This document shows, piece after piece, positions 37,551-47,480 of a DNA stretch of 50,999 bases. The notes beneath the pieces were generated by a model. The model had not been told where the DNA came from. It saw only the letters and a program-made list of their open reading frames with translations, and did not search any database. The stretch spans positions 1 through 50,999 of the forward strand of contig CAZVGK010000026.1 of NCBI GenBank assembly GCA_964626665.1, given 5' to 3'. How positions within the stretch are numbered: the first letter of the stretch is position 1; each line of letters opens with the position of its first letter. Made by a program: the position numbers and the translations under genes. The stretch is from an uncultured Gemmatimonadota bacterium. GTDB taxonomy: Bacteria; SM23-81; DAOVCL01.

Positions 37551-39314
37551 TTAAGAAGAATCAGCCCCGACTTTTGTAACACTTATCTCCTCATCCTGGG
37601 TTACCCTCTGCACTTCTTCAAAAGTAGTGATTCCCTCCAGGGCTTTCCGCATTCCTTCTTCCCGCATGCTTATCATGCCAGTTTCTAAGGCTACCTCCCT
37701 AATACGAGCAGCCGGAGCCTTGGAGTTTATCAATTCGGATGCCCTCTTGTTTGGGATGAAAAGTTCCATAAGTCCACTTCGTCCCTTATAGCCGCTCATT
37801 CGACAGTAAGGACAACCTCTACCTCGCCTTGTTTTGAGTTTTGAGTTTTCGGTCAAATTTAAATTCTTTAGAATAGTTGCATCTGGAACATAAGTCTCAG
37901 AGCACTTAGGGCAAACCTTCCTCACTAACCGTTGGGCTAGAACACCTCTCAAGGAAGATGAAAGCAGGTAAGGTTCCACCCCCATATCTAATAGTCGGGT
38001 GATTGCCCCTGGAGCATCATTTGTATGTAGGGTGCTGAATACCAAATGGCCGGTTAAAGCCGCATGAATTGTCAGTTCGGCTGTTTCTTGATCTCGTATT
38101 TCTCCGACCATAATAATGTCCGGATCTTGACGCAGAATTGACCTCAAGGCATTGGCAAAGATCATTCCGGCTTTGGGGTCCACCTGCCCCTGATTTATGC
38201 CGCCCAACTGGTATTCCACAGGATCTTCAATGGTAATAATGTGTCTGTCTTTTGTGTTGATAAAATTTAAGGTAGCATACAATGTGGTGGTCTTCCCGCT
38301 GCCTGTGGGTCCGGTTACCAGGATAATCCCGTTGGATAATTGAAGAAGCTCCTTGTATTTTTCTAAGGTATATACGGAAAGTCCCAAATCCTGTAACTTT
38401 ACCTGTGCCTTGCTCAAATCCAGTAACCTTATTGCCACCTTTTCTCCATAGACTACAGGATAGGTGGAAATTCTCAAGTCAATTTTTTTGCCAGAGATGT
38501 TTAGGTGAATCTTGCCGTCCTGGGGTTTCCTTTTCTCGCCAATATCCAGTTTGGCCAGTATTTTTATCCTGGACACAATGGGTTGAAGATAATGACTTGG
38601 AAAGGATGATACGTCATACAGAAATCCATCAATCCTGAAACGAACTCGTAGTTTGTCCCTCTCTGGCTCTATGTGGATGTCGCTGGCTTCCTCTTTGACT
38701 GCCTGGTTCAGAATAGCGGTGACAATTCTTACGGCGGGCCCACCCAAACCGTCCTCGGTCAACCCCAAGACCTCCGGTTTTCCCAGATCTACCACCGGTT
38801 GCTTCTCATCCGCCTCTATTTCCTTCACCAATCCTTGCAGATGTTCTTTGCTCCCAAAGAAGCTATCAATTGTTCTGGAGATTATTTCTTCGCTTGCCAC
38901 CACTGGTTCAATCTTAAGTTTGGCAATACTTTTAATCTGGTCTATGGCAAAAACATCGACCGGATCGGCCATTGCAATGGTCACCGTATCTTCAATCTGA
39001 AACAGGGGAATCATCTTATTTTTTCTGGCTGTGGCCTCGTCAAACAACGCCACCACCTTAGGATCGATAGAATAATCATTCAAGTCCACATGCGGGATTC
39101 CCAAATGTCTGGCGATGAATTGGTCCAAGTCGTCTGAAGTGACAAACTTCAACTCCAGAAGCACTTCTCCCAAGTGTTGCCTTCGATCTTTTTTCTCCTG
39201 CAATGCACTCTGGAGTTGTTCTTTAGTAATCAGCCCTTCCTCTACCAGCCTGTTTTCTAATCTGTCCAAGAGTCTAAGGCTGAGTATCGATTCTTCCTCT
39301 GGGATTGCCTTCAT
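37551..39314 (-). CDS. pilB: Type IV pilus/T2SS assembly ATPase (PilB/GspE/MshE) with MshEN-like N-terminus
   Basis: ASDIHIEP, GPTGSGKTT, TIEDPVE, LRQDPDIIMVGEIRD, STLHTND and CPKC...CPYC motifs. Alternative TTG start at 39335. Confidence 0.93.
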   Translation of the reverse strand: MKAIPEEESILSLRLLDRLENRLVEEGLITKEQLQSALQEKKDRRQHLGEVLLELKFVTSDDLDQFIARHLGIPHVDLNDYSIDPKVVALFDEATARKNKMIPLFQIEDTVTIAMADPVDVFAIDQIKSIAKLKIEPVVASEEIISRTIDSFFGSKEHLQGLVKEIEADEKQPVVDLGKPEVLGLTEDGLGGPAVRIVTAILNQAVKEEASDIHIEPERDKLRVRFRIDGFLYDVSSFPSHYLQPIVSRIKILAKLDIGEKRKPQDGKIHLNISGKKIDLRISTYPVVYGEKVAIRLLDLSKAQVKLQDLGLSVYTLEKYKELLQLSNGIILVTGPTGSGKTTTLYATLNFINTKDRHIITIEDPVEYQLGGINQGQVDPKAGMIFANALRSILRQDPDIIMVGEIRDQETAELTIHAALTGHLVFSTLHTNDAPGAITRLLDMGVEPYLLSSSLRGVLAQRLVRKVCPKCSETYVPDATILKNLNLTENSKLKTRRGRGCPYCRMSGYKGRSGLMELFIPNKRASELINSKAPAARIREVALETGMISMREEGMRKALEGITTFEEVQRVTQDEEISVTKVGADSS

Positions 39315-39327
39315 TTTGTAGACTACC

Positions 39328-40416
39328 TCATTCAATCGGTATAAGCTTGGGGGAAATAAAAATTACTAACTCTTTTTTAACTTTTTGTGAAGATTTATGT
39401 CGGAACAAAAGCCTCAGCAGTGGTATGTCTCCCAAAAGGGGTATCTTGAAGACAGAAACTCTCTCCTCCTCTGAAATAAGCCCACCGATCACCAGGGTGG
39501 ATTTGTCTTTCACTGTCACCACTGTTTCGGTCTCCTTGGTGCCAATGATGGGGACTTCGTCTCCGTTGCTTAGAGTCCTCCATTCTTTGACCGCGCTGAC
39601 CTCGGAGTGGATCTTGAGAATGACGAAATTCGAATCCGTCACATGAGGAGTCACAAATAGCTTTATCCCCACGTCTTCAAACGAAACCGAGGTGGTGGTT
39701 ATTCCGGAAGCCGTTTGACCAAAGCTTTGTTGATAGGCGACCTTATCTCCCACCAGTATCTTGGCTTCCTTATTATCAAGAGCGACTATGCGAGGACTTG
39801 ACAGGATATGGGTGCTCACCTGTTTTGCCAAACACTGCACAATCACATCCGCATTGGCATGAAAGATGTTCAAGAACAGCCCGGCGTTTCCCATGGGGAG
39901 ATTGGTTTGACCTTCAATTCTGATATCATCATCTACCAATTTCAAACGTTCCCAGTTTATCCCCTGCTCAGTGGTCTTATCCAGCAAGGCCTCTACGATC
40001 TTGGATTCAATTTGCACCTGAGGAGTATTTTTGTCTACCCCCAACAGATCCGGATCCGCTTTGACGATTCTGTATATTTCCCCCTCCTTGACGAAGCCAT
40101 ACCCGCAGGAGCGCAAAACCGTCCTCAGGGCATCTTCTCTTCTTACGTTAGTGAGACGCCCGGTAACCTTTCCTTGAACCTCCTCACTGCTTATTATGTT
40201 GAGGTTGGTGCATCTGGAGAAGATCCGCAAAACGTCGGTGATATCTGCCCCCTTTAGATCTAAACTTATGGTTTCAGCCAGACTATCCAATTCTAGACCG
40301 GAGATTCGACTTGTATCGGAAAAGCCTTCACCTGAGTTGGCCAGAGCAAAGACAAGAATTCCGGTAACTAAAAGAATTAGGCCAAGTTTTTTCACCTTAA
40401 GCCCCCCATCAGTCAT
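39328..40416 (-). CDS. Secretin (short PilQ/GspD/MshL type)
   Basis: Signal peptide, N0/STN-like ISLDLKGADITDVL, QVQIESKIVE, DVGIKLFVTP and KIPLLGDIPLL...LVIFISPKLI. Confidence 0.9.
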   Translation of the reverse strand: MTDGGLKVKKLGLILLVTGILVFALANSGEGFSDTSRISGLELDSLAETISLDLKGADITDVLRIFSRCTNLNIISSEEVQGKVTGRLTNVRREDALRTVLRSCGYGFVKEGEIYRIVKADPDLLGVDKNTPQVQIESKIVEALLDKTTEQGINWERLKLVDDDIRIEGQTNLPMGNAGLFLNIFHANADVIVQCLAKQVSTHILSSPRIVALDNKEAKILVGDKVAYQQSFGQTASGITTTSVSFEDVGIKLFVTPHVTDSNFVILKIHSEVSAVKEWRTLSNGDEVPIIGTKETETVVTVKDKSTLVIGGLISEEERVSVFKIPLLGDIPLLRLLFRHKSSQKVKKELVIFISPKLIPIE

Positions 40417-40425
40417 AAGAGAAGA

Positions 40426-40878
40426 TCAATCCACCGTTAAAATGATTGTTCGGTCATCCGATCTAAGGGTGACCTTTCCCATCTCAATCTTTGTCACCTT
40501 CATGTTTTTAACCATATCTCCCACCTGCACGATCTGATTATCAAGTATGGCGTAACCCTTCCACTTTTTCACCATAATGCTGGTCAAATGAGGTAGGGAC
40601 TCCTCTTTCTGTCTTTTAGTCTCCCGTGTAGTCATCCGTCTGCGTTTGATCACCGGTTTAAAGAAATTCTGTGCCCACCTCTCATCCGGCATTTGACGAA
40701 TCTCAGCCAGACTCGAATCTAAATCTGAAATCAGATCAATAACAGATTCCAGCTCCCTCTGAATTGTCATTGGGGGGGGTTCAACTTTGGCCACATACTG
40801 GGTCAGCCTGGTATGTTCTTGACCCAGGGGCAGAAACAGCAAAAGAGTCACTATCACCGCAATAAACTTAACTTTCAT
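40426..40878 (-). CDS. Pilus accessory protein (PilP/MshK-like position)
   Basis: N-terminal hydrophobic anchor and C-terminal LTSI...AILDNQIVQVGD...VTKIEMGKVTL beta domain. Lies between pilO and the secretin. Confidence 0.6.
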   Translation of the reverse strand: MKVKFIAVIVTLLLFLPLGQEHTRLTQYVAKVEPPPMTIQRELESVIDLISDLDSSLAEIRQMPDERWAQNFFKPVIKRRRMTTRETKRQKEESLPHLTSIMVKKWKGYAILDNQIVQVGDMVKNMKVTKIEMGKVTLRSDDRTIILTVD

Positions 40879-41458
40879 CTTTGAGAGCTCCTCCCTTGAA
40901 GACGAAAGCCGAGCAGTTCATTTTCGCCTTCAGGTGGGGAAATTTATCTTCCTGCAAGGCGATGTTGAATGAGTTTACCCGGACAAACCTGGACATTCTC
41001 TCGATGGAGACCAGGTAGGATTGTAGCTTCGTCAGCTCACAGCTATATTCTAACTCAACCGGGATTTCCCACCATCTCTCCTGTTCTATCCGCTCACCTG
41101 GTTTAATTCGCAATATCTTGACCCCATCTGATTCCGCCGCTCGGGAAAGCAAATTCAGAAGCTCGCCCAGCTTTTCCTCTTTTGGAAACATCTGCTCCAG
41201 TTTATCTGACAGTTGGCTGAGTTTTTGAAAACTCTGGTGGACCTCAGTTAGCTTAGCCACATATTGCCTTTTCTCCGGAATTTCCACATCATTTAAATCT
41301 TGAAGCTGTCTGTGTCCTTCAGCCACCCGTTGTTTCAGCCTTTCCAAAAGCTTGGTTGACGGAGAACAATGATAGTATCCCCAGACAGATAAAGCTCCCA
41401 CGGCAAAAGCCAAGACCAAAATCCCTCCACTCAGTGCCAGTTGTTTGTTAATCTTCAT
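40868..41458 (-). CDS. pilO: Type IV pilus biogenesis protein PilO
   Basis: TM + coiled coil + LLNLLSRAAESDGVKILRIKP...IPVELE...YLVSIERMSRFVRV. Confidence 0.85.
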   Translation of the reverse strand: MKINKQLALSGGILVLAFAVGALSVWGYYHCSPSTKLLERLKQRVAEGHRQLQDLNDVEIPEKRQYVAKLTEVHQSFQKLSQLSDKLEQMFPKEEKLGELLNLLSRAAESDGVKILRIKPGERIEQERWWEIPVELEYSCELTKLQSYLVSIERMSRFVRVNSFNIALQEDKFPHLKAKMNCSAFVFKGGALKDES

Positions 41459-42068
41459 AACTTCTATCCTTTAATCTTCCTTCAATCAGAAAAGTGAAAA
41501 CCTCTTTTTGATATCTGTTTTCCTCTCTTTCTGCGAAATCGAGCCTTATTTCCTTGAACCAGGGATGTGATTCTAAACCTGCCAAAAGTTTGCCAAGTGC
41601 CTCTTGGTCTAAGGCGATACCTTCTATGGTCAAGAGCCTGCTGTGGTTGAGGATTTTCTTATTTTTTGTTTCTCGGACCTGAGGGATTAAGGAAAGTTGG
41701 GTCACCCAAACATCAGGCGGCATCATCAAGCTCAGTTCTCTTAGAAGAGCTGATGGGAAGGTATAATTTGATAAGATATTCTTAACCATCTGGCTCTTGT
41801 CTTCCAGCTCATCCCGGTTGGGCAGCTTGGTGACGAATTCAGTGATTTTCTTATCCAAGTCTTCCCTCTGTTGCACCAGGATCTGGCCTTCAAGGTTCTG
41901 CTTGGCTATCTTATTTTTATATTGCCACACATAAGCTTTCTGAATCACATATATAGCCAGGAGGGTAACTGTCACCAAAAGAACCCAGATCACTATTAGC
42001 TTTCTTGTGTTTATCTCTGCAGCGATTCGCTGTTCCCTGGGGATTAAGTTTATTCTTTGTTTTGTCAT
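41448..42068 (-). CDS. pilN: PilN domain protein
   Basis: RINLIP motif, TM, LRELSLMMPPDVWVTQL and IEGIA. ATGA overlap with pilM. Confidence 0.88.
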   Translation of the reverse strand: MTKQRINLIPREQRIAAEINTRKLIVIWVLLVTVTLLAIYVIQKAYVWQYKNKIAKQNLEGQILVQQREDLDKKITEFVTKLPNRDELEDKSQMVKNILSNYTFPSALLRELSLMMPPDVWVTQLSLIPQVRETKNKKILNHSRLLTIEGIALDQEALGKLLAGLESHPWFKEIRLDFAEREENRYQKEVFTFLIEGRLKDRSYED

Positions 42069-43276
42069 CTTCTCCTCCAGGTGCTTAGGCCCAATGCCAC
42101 GCCTAATCGACCGCATACTTGTTGCATATACTTTCGTGCTTCTGTATTTTCCATCGACAGCAGGGAATCCAAAGGGTCAAACAACTGCACATTCATTTCC
42201 AGCCGCTGAGTGAAAAACCTTTGCAGACTGGGCAAACCAGAGCTACCTCCGGTCAAGAGCAACTGCTCTATCTCATCTTCGGGGAATTGAGCACGGTAGT
42301 ATTCAAATGATTTGGCAATTTCCTGGATCAGATTATCCATTTTCTCCTCCAAGATTTTTGCAGCATTGGTCCATTCTTCTGGAGAATCCGTTCCTCTTTT
42401 TTCCTCTCCTTCTGAGAGCCCCACCTGTTTTTTACGAGTTTCCGCCTTCTTGCGATCATAGCCGAGTTTGTCACATAAAGCCAGGGTCAGATTCTCTCCA
42501 CCCCATTCGATTTCGCGGGTAAAGCTCAAAAATCCATTGTTCACAATGTTCACTAAAGAAGTTTTAGAGCCAATGTCTAAAATGGCAAAATTCTTTTGAC
42601 AGAACTCAGGTGCTAGTTCAAATACCGCACCGATTAAGGCAGTGGCTTTGGTTTCTAAGACAGCACAGTTCAAACCTGCTGATTGAATCAAGGAGATGCT
42701 CTCATCCACTTTCCGTTTGGGGGCCGATACAAGAAAAACATCTAAGGTATCTTTTAAATCATCCTTTTTTGAGTTTACCAGATAATCAATACAAAGTTGA
42801 TCGGATGGCAGATCAACATACTTTTTAAGCTCCCAAGCCAATACCTGTTCTAACTCCTTTTTTGGCATCTGGGGTAGAGTTATCAGCCTTTGGACAAAGC
42901 CATCTCCTGAAATGGAAAGCGCCACGTTTTTGGTTCCAACTTTAAACCTTCTTAAGGCCGTCCGTATCTTTAGAGCTAATTTACCCTCAGTATCCGGCTT
43001 TGAGAACACCTCGCTCAAAAAATCAAACTCAACTATTCCCGCATTAACCAATCTCCAGCCCGTCTTGGTTTTATTCATCTCTGCCAATTTGATTCCGCTG
43101 GAGCCAATGTCCAGACCCAAAAGGGTGTTTCTTCTTCTAAATCCAGATAGTTCCAGCACACGCTCAAACCTGCTTTTAAAAGCCGGATGTCCCTTTTCTT
43201 CCACCTGAGGTTGCTCGCCCTCAGGGCTCTGAGTGATCCCAACTTGACTTTTCTCTTCTTTAAGTATCTCAGGCAT
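42065..43276 (-). CDS. pilM: Type IV pilus assembly protein PilM
   Basis: LGLDIGSSGIK, AILDIGSKTS, WGGENLT, LLLTGGSS and VALGLS actin-like motifs. Confidence 0.93.
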   Translation of the reverse strand: MPEILKEEKSQVGITQSPEGEQPQVEEKGHPAFKSRFERVLELSGFRRRNTLLGLDIGSSGIKLAEMNKTKTGWRLVNAGIVEFDFLSEVFSKPDTEGKLALKIRTALRRFKVGTKNVALSISGDGFVQRLITLPQMPKKELEQVLAWELKKYVDLPSDQLCIDYLVNSKKDDLKDTLDVFLVSAPKRKVDESISLIQSAGLNCAVLETKATALIGAVFELAPEFCQKNFAILDIGSKTSLVNIVNNGFLSFTREIEWGGENLTLALCDKLGYDRKKAETRKKQVGLSEGEEKRGTDSPEEWTNAAKILEEKMDNLIQEIAKSFEYYRAQFPEDEIEQLLLTGGSSGLPSLQRFFTQRLEMNVQLFDPLDSLLSMENTEARKYMQQVCGRLGVALGLSTWRRR

Positions 43277-43296
43277 ATAGAAAATAGTATTTCCGT

Positions 43297-43836
43297 TTAT
43301 AGTTTGTAGTTTCGCACACAGATTTCTATGGGGAATGAATTCGAATCAGGTTCGCTGCCAAGTCTGCGAGAGACCAGCAAATTGACATAAATTCTTCCGG
43401 ATTGGCAAAATCCGGTGGTGCTGTCGTCCACGAAAAAATCTCCCCTTACTGAATTGACGTCCTGTGTGCTGAAAAAAGGAATCAGTTGTCCTGAGCCACT
43501 CTGGTATGAACGGTACAGGAACAAATCACTCCCTACTGTAGAAAAATAGTATTTTATCGAATCGGCATAATTTTCATTTTTAAAAAAGCGAAGGGTTCGG
43601 TTATCAGCGCTCACCCAGGGGCGTAAACTATCCGGAGTAGAAACTGCCCCCCTTAGTTCATCTGATAGCTGAGTGATAGCCCTTTGACCCACCAAGCTGA
43701 CCGTGTTCACATTTTGGGAGAGATCCAGGGATGAGATTAAGCTTATCAGCACTCCCGCGGTGGCGGACGCTATTATCCCCAAGACTAAAATCACGATCAC
43801 TAACTCTACTAAAGTATATCCTTTTGTATCCACCAC
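43297..43836 (-). CDS. Minor pilin (prepilin N-terminal cleavage motif)
   Basis: KG|YTLVELVIVILVLGII class III signal peptide. Confidence 0.88.
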   Translation of the reverse strand: MVDTKGYTLVELVIVILVLGIIASATAGVLISLISSLDLSQNVNTVSLVGQRAITQLSDELRGAVSTPDSLRPWVSADNRTLRFFKNENYADSIKYYFSTVGSDLFLYRSYQSGSGQLIPFFSTQDVNSVRGDFFVDDSTTGFCQSGRIYVNLLVSRRLGSEPDSNSFPIEICVRNYKL

Positions 43837-44048
43837 AAGTTGCCCCTATGTAGAATGTCTTCAAAATAACCTGATATTCTGGCCTGTCATTGCGAGAAGC
43901 GGTCAGACAACCGTCCATCTGGGCGGAGCTACGAAGCAATCTCACTGAAATCCGCCTACACAGAGATTGCTTCGTCCCGATTTCATCGGGACTCGCAATG
44001 ACAAGTTATTGGAACATTATTTAGAAAACGACGAGCCACAAAACGATT

Positions 44049-44417
44049 TTAACCTCCAATATGATTTATCAGCGAGTAAGTCTGACCGAGAGCATCTTTT
44101 ACCTCAATCGTTACTTCTACCAGCGTAGGATTTCCAGCGTCGCTCTTCAGGGTGGTGACACTTCTCCGCCACTGGTAGGGTGATTCTGAGGTCCAGCCCT
44201 GGGAGGCGACGCTAACTCCGATCTTGGTGGTCTTCTCCATTTTTGAGATAGCCAGGTTCAACATCTCCACCTGTTCGGTCTGTTGCGTAGATCCTGCCAG
44301 TAGTTCAACCCCCATTCTTCCCAGGAAATAGGTCATCAGTCCCAGTATGACAACGGTGATAACCAGTTCAACAAGGGTATAACCATCTTGGTTTCTTAAT
44401 CTTTTGCGATATTTCAT
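44049..44417 (-). CDS. Minor pilin (PilV-like)
   Basis: DG|YTLVELVITVVILG. ATGA overlap with the upstream gene. Confidence 0.88.
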   Translation of the reverse strand: MKYRKRLRNQDGYTLVELVITVVILGLMTYFLGRMGVELLAGSTQQTEQVEMLNLAISKMEKTTKIGVSVASQGWTSESPYQWRRSVTTLKSDAGNPTLVEVTIEVKDALGQTYSLINHIGG

Positions 44418-45643
44418 AGCTCCTGCCAACTATTCTGCACAAAGGAAATGCTGGATGATTCTATACTGGATACTCCAGGTGGTAAAGGTGAAGGGATATA
44501 GCCCGAGTTCCAGATTATGCTGGAACCCTGTTTGATTTTATCATCGGTGAACCTATGTCCCCAGAAAGAACCGTTGATAGTCACGTTTTTAGCAACGGTG
44601 CTCTGGGTTCCTGCATACACGAACCCGTTCACCTCTGATCCCTGATTGATTTGCAGAGCCTTATTGGAGAGCACACTTCCATTGACGGTATTGTTGTTCC
44701 CCAACTTAAGGTTGTCTCTCTTAGTGAAAAGTATGTTCCCGCTTCTTCCTGTGGTGCTTCCTACTGTGATATTAGCTGCACAGTAGATGCCCCATTTGGC
44801 GATGAACTGTATACTATCAGCGATGTTCACATTTTTTCCTATGGTTATCGTTCCATTTACCGCGACCAGGCTGGAGCTGCCCGCGGTGGTTATGTTTTTG
44901 TTCTTCTTGATTGTTAAATCCCCGTCGATGAGTATTGTATCGGGTAAGACCCGATCTGAATTCCAGGTTGAGTCTCCGGAAGGCTGGCTGGCGGCTAAAC
45001 TCAAAAGATTGTTATAGTGGGTCAAGTCCAAATCAGGTAAGGTGGGGGTTGGGTCCTTAGTGGTAAAAGGAAAACTTGCACCGCCGGAATAGGTGGCGGT
45101 CTCCCCGCTGGGCAGATATAAGGTCATCTGCAGGGTGTCGATATTGGTAGGGGTTTTCACCTCGACGCTCCCGTTTATAAAACAGTTTCCTACCACCTGG
45201 CAATTCTTGGCAAAAGTAAAATCGTTGGACGAAGCGGCAAAAAAGGCATAACTCGTAGCAAGATTCTCTATTCCTACTTTCACCTGGCGAGTGATTCCCT
45301 TGTATGTGCCGCTGGAAACGATGCTATCGTCCGGTTCGGGGACAACATAAGTGCCACTGGTTCCGTTCCCAAAATTCACGGTCTGTGCATCAATTTGTCC
45401 ATAAGGTTGAGAGGGCAAGCCATATAGCTTCCCGGAATACTTTAGCTCCCAGAAGGAATCTGCCACCCCCATCTCAGCTAAATACAGTGCCCGGGCTCTG
45501 TCCTTCTCCACCGAACTCAAAGCAATGTTTTGTGAGAGAAAGGTTGTAACTCCTACCGCAGTGATTCCCACCAGAGCGATGATTATTATCAATATTAGTA
45601 AGGAGACACCTCTTTTCTCCTTTAACGCTTTAAGATTTTTCAT
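44414..45643 (-). CDS. PilX-like minor pilin with C-terminal beta-helical region
   Basis: KRG|VSLLILIII lacking E5, ARALYLAEMG PilX motif, repeated short beta turns and C-terminal SWQEL. Confidence 0.82.
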   Translation of the reverse strand: MKNLKALKEKRGVSLLILIIIIALVGITAVGVTTFLSQNIALSSVEKDRARALYLAEMGVADSFWELKYSGKLYGLPSQPYGQIDAQTVNFGNGTSGTYVVPEPDDSIVSSGTYKGITRQVKVGIENLATSYAFFAASSNDFTFAKNCQVVGNCFINGSVEVKTPTNIDTLQMTLYLPSGETATYSGGASFPFTTKDPTPTLPDLDLTHYNNLLSLAASQPSGDSTWNSDRVLPDTILIDGDLTIKKNKNITTAGSSSLVAVNGTITIGKNVNIADSIQFIAKWGIYCAANITVGSTTGRSGNILFTKRDNLKLGNNNTVNGSVLSNKALQINQGSEVNGFVYAGTQSTVAKNVTINGSFWGHRFTDDKIKQGSSIIWNSGYIPSPLPPGVSSIESSSISFVQNSWQEL

Positions 45644-45659
45644 CTTTTCTCTTAGGGCA

Positions 45660-45697
45660 CGTGACGGGCAGTGGTTTGGAAGCCACTGCTCGTCACG
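45660..45697 (-). terminator. Strong hairpin directly downstream of the major pilin gene (attenuator or stabiliser)
   Basis: 15-bp stem CGTGACGAGCAGTGG/CCACTGCCCGTCACG with one mismatch and no U-tract. Confidence 0.5.
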
Positions 45698-45707
45698 GCC
45701 TCAAAGA

Positions 45708-46067
45708 TTAAGGGGATGTCGCCGGCGTGTTATGGGATGGGATGCTACAACTCACCGTAAAGATGCTATCCGAAACCTTGGTATAGGTAATGGTTCCGCC
45801 GGACGGACAGGTCGGAATAGTAGCATTCACAAACATGCCGGTGGTCAGACTGTCCGGCAGGGTCCCCTGATTTTTGGCATAATGCAACAACACCGCAGAC
45901 TTGATGGCCGCCTGCTGAGCCTGACAGGCATTGATCTTAGCGTTGTCCGTCAGATTTAGATAAGCTGGAATGGATACTCCAGCGATCAGCCCCAGAATGA
46001 TGATCACGATGATCAGCTCAACTAAGGTCCATCCCCGTTCACCTCGTTTCTTGCTGAGCCTTTCCAT
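45708..46067 (-). CDS. Probable major pilin
   Basis: RG|WTLVELIIVIIILGLIAGVSIPAY, short length, CPSGG...CSIPSH cysteines and a perfect AAGGAGGTGA SD. Confidence 0.88.
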   Translation of the reverse strand: MERLSKKRGERGWTLVELIIVIIILGLIAGVSIPAYLNLTDNAKINACQAQQAAIKSAVLLHYAKNQGTLPDSLTTGMFVNATIPTCPSGGTITYTKVSDSIFTVSCSIPSHNTPATSP

Positions 46068-46091
46068 TCTTTTCACCTCCTTACTTATTTA

Positions 46092-46212
46092 GTGTCTGTC
46101 CAGAAATACCCATATTTCTTGTCATTCCGGCAGTCTTTAAGCCGGAATCTACTTGAAATCAGCAATGGATTCCCGCTAACGGCGTGCGGGAATGACGAAT
46201 TCGGACAGACAC
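46092..46212. mobile_element. 121-bp MITE (family D), second copy
   Basis: Same TIRs and TATTTA flanks as 37350-37470, with a near-identical interior. Confidence 0.8.
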
Positions 46213-46256
46213 TATTTAGTGTTTGATTTTTTGTCAAGGTTTCATCTGACATTCTC

Positions 46257-47480
46257 CTACCCCAACCCCCCGGCTCTGATTACCTTCATAAGCTGAGTCA
46301 TAGGCATAACCAGAGACAGAAACATAATTGCCACCACTGCTCCCATCATCGCCAACATGATCGGTTCTAACGTGGTGGAGAGCTTAGAAATCACATAGTT
46401 TACCTCCTTATCATAGTATTGTGAAATTTTCAAAAGCATCTCGTCCATTTTCCCACTCTCTTCCCCGGTTGAGATCATCTGCACCACCATCCCCGGAAAC
46501 TGCCCGCTTTGCCGGAATGTCAAAGCGATAGAATCCCCTTCGGATATTCTGATTCTGGCTTTTTCTATCGCCTGGGCTATCACGCTGTTTCCCACTACCG
46601 TCTCTACTAATTTCAAGGTGGTCACCAAAGGGACACCACTCATATTCAAGGCTCTGTATGAATGAGCAAAGGCTGAAACTGCCACCTTTCTGAAAAGGTT
46701 GCCGAAAATGGGCAGCCTCAACTTTATCCCGTCAAAAAATAACCTTCCGGAAAGGGTTTTTGCATATCTTTTGGCAAATATGACAATACCAGTTAAACTT
46801 CCCAGGATAGCCCACCAGTATCCTCGGACCAGATTGCTGACCCCAATCAGAATTCTGGTGGGCAAAGGTAACGTTACATTAGCCTTTTCAAAAATTTTTA
46901 CAAACATCGGAAAAACGAAGACTATCAGGAAAGTGATTCCCAGGGTAGCCGCAATTACCAGAATAACCGGATAGCTTACTGCAGCTTTGACCTTTGTTTT
47001 TCTCTCCTGCTTGAGCTCCAGTAAATCAGCTAATCTATTGAGTACCTCCGCTATCTTTCCACCGCTCTCACCTACCTCCAACATGGCCACATAACTTCTG
47101 TCAAACACTTTGGGTTCGTTACTCATTGCTTGCGCCAAGCCCATTCCTCCCTCAATGCTCTGCCGAAGTCGTCTGGCAACTTGAACCATGGTCTTGTTTT
47201 CTCCCTGGTTTGCAATCACGTCCAAACTGGTGTTTATTGGTATACCTGAATCTAACATGGCGGCAAGTTGATGGGTGAAAACAATCAGATCGACAGTCGA
47301 TACTCTTCCTCCCCATCCAGATAGACCTCTCCAGGGAGAATGACCCTTTAGCTTTATGGATGAAACGAGGTAGCCTGATTCACTCAGGTCTTTAAATACC
47401 TCTTTTTGGCTTCGTGCCTCTATTTGTCCGGTGATGGCCTCGCCTCTTTTATCTCTAACTCTGTATGTGTAAGTTGGCAT
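46257..47480 (-). CDS. pilC: Type II secretion system F family platform protein (PilC/MshG)
   Basis: MPTYTYRVRDKRG, FTHQLAAMLDSGIP, GESGGK, LPLPTR, GEESGKMDEML and LEP motifs. Confidence 0.93.
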   Translation of the reverse strand: MPTYTYRVRDKRGEAITGQIEARSQKEVFKDLSESGYLVSSIKLKGHSPWRGLSGWGGRVSTVDLIVFTHQLAAMLDSGIPINTSLDVIANQGENKTMVQVARRLRQSIEGGMGLAQAMSNEPKVFDRSYVAMLEVGESGGKIAEVLNRLADLLELKQERKTKVKAAVSYPVILVIAATLGITFLIVFVFPMFVKIFEKANVTLPLPTRILIGVSNLVRGYWWAILGSLTGIVIFAKRYAKTLSGRLFFDGIKLRLPIFGNLFRKVAVSAFAHSYRALNMSGVPLVTTLKLVETVVGNSVIAQAIEKARIRISEGDSIALTFRQSGQFPGMVVQMISTGEESGKMDEMLLKISQYYDKEVNYVISKLSTTLEPIMLAMMGAVVAIMFLSLVMPMTQLMKVIRAGGLG

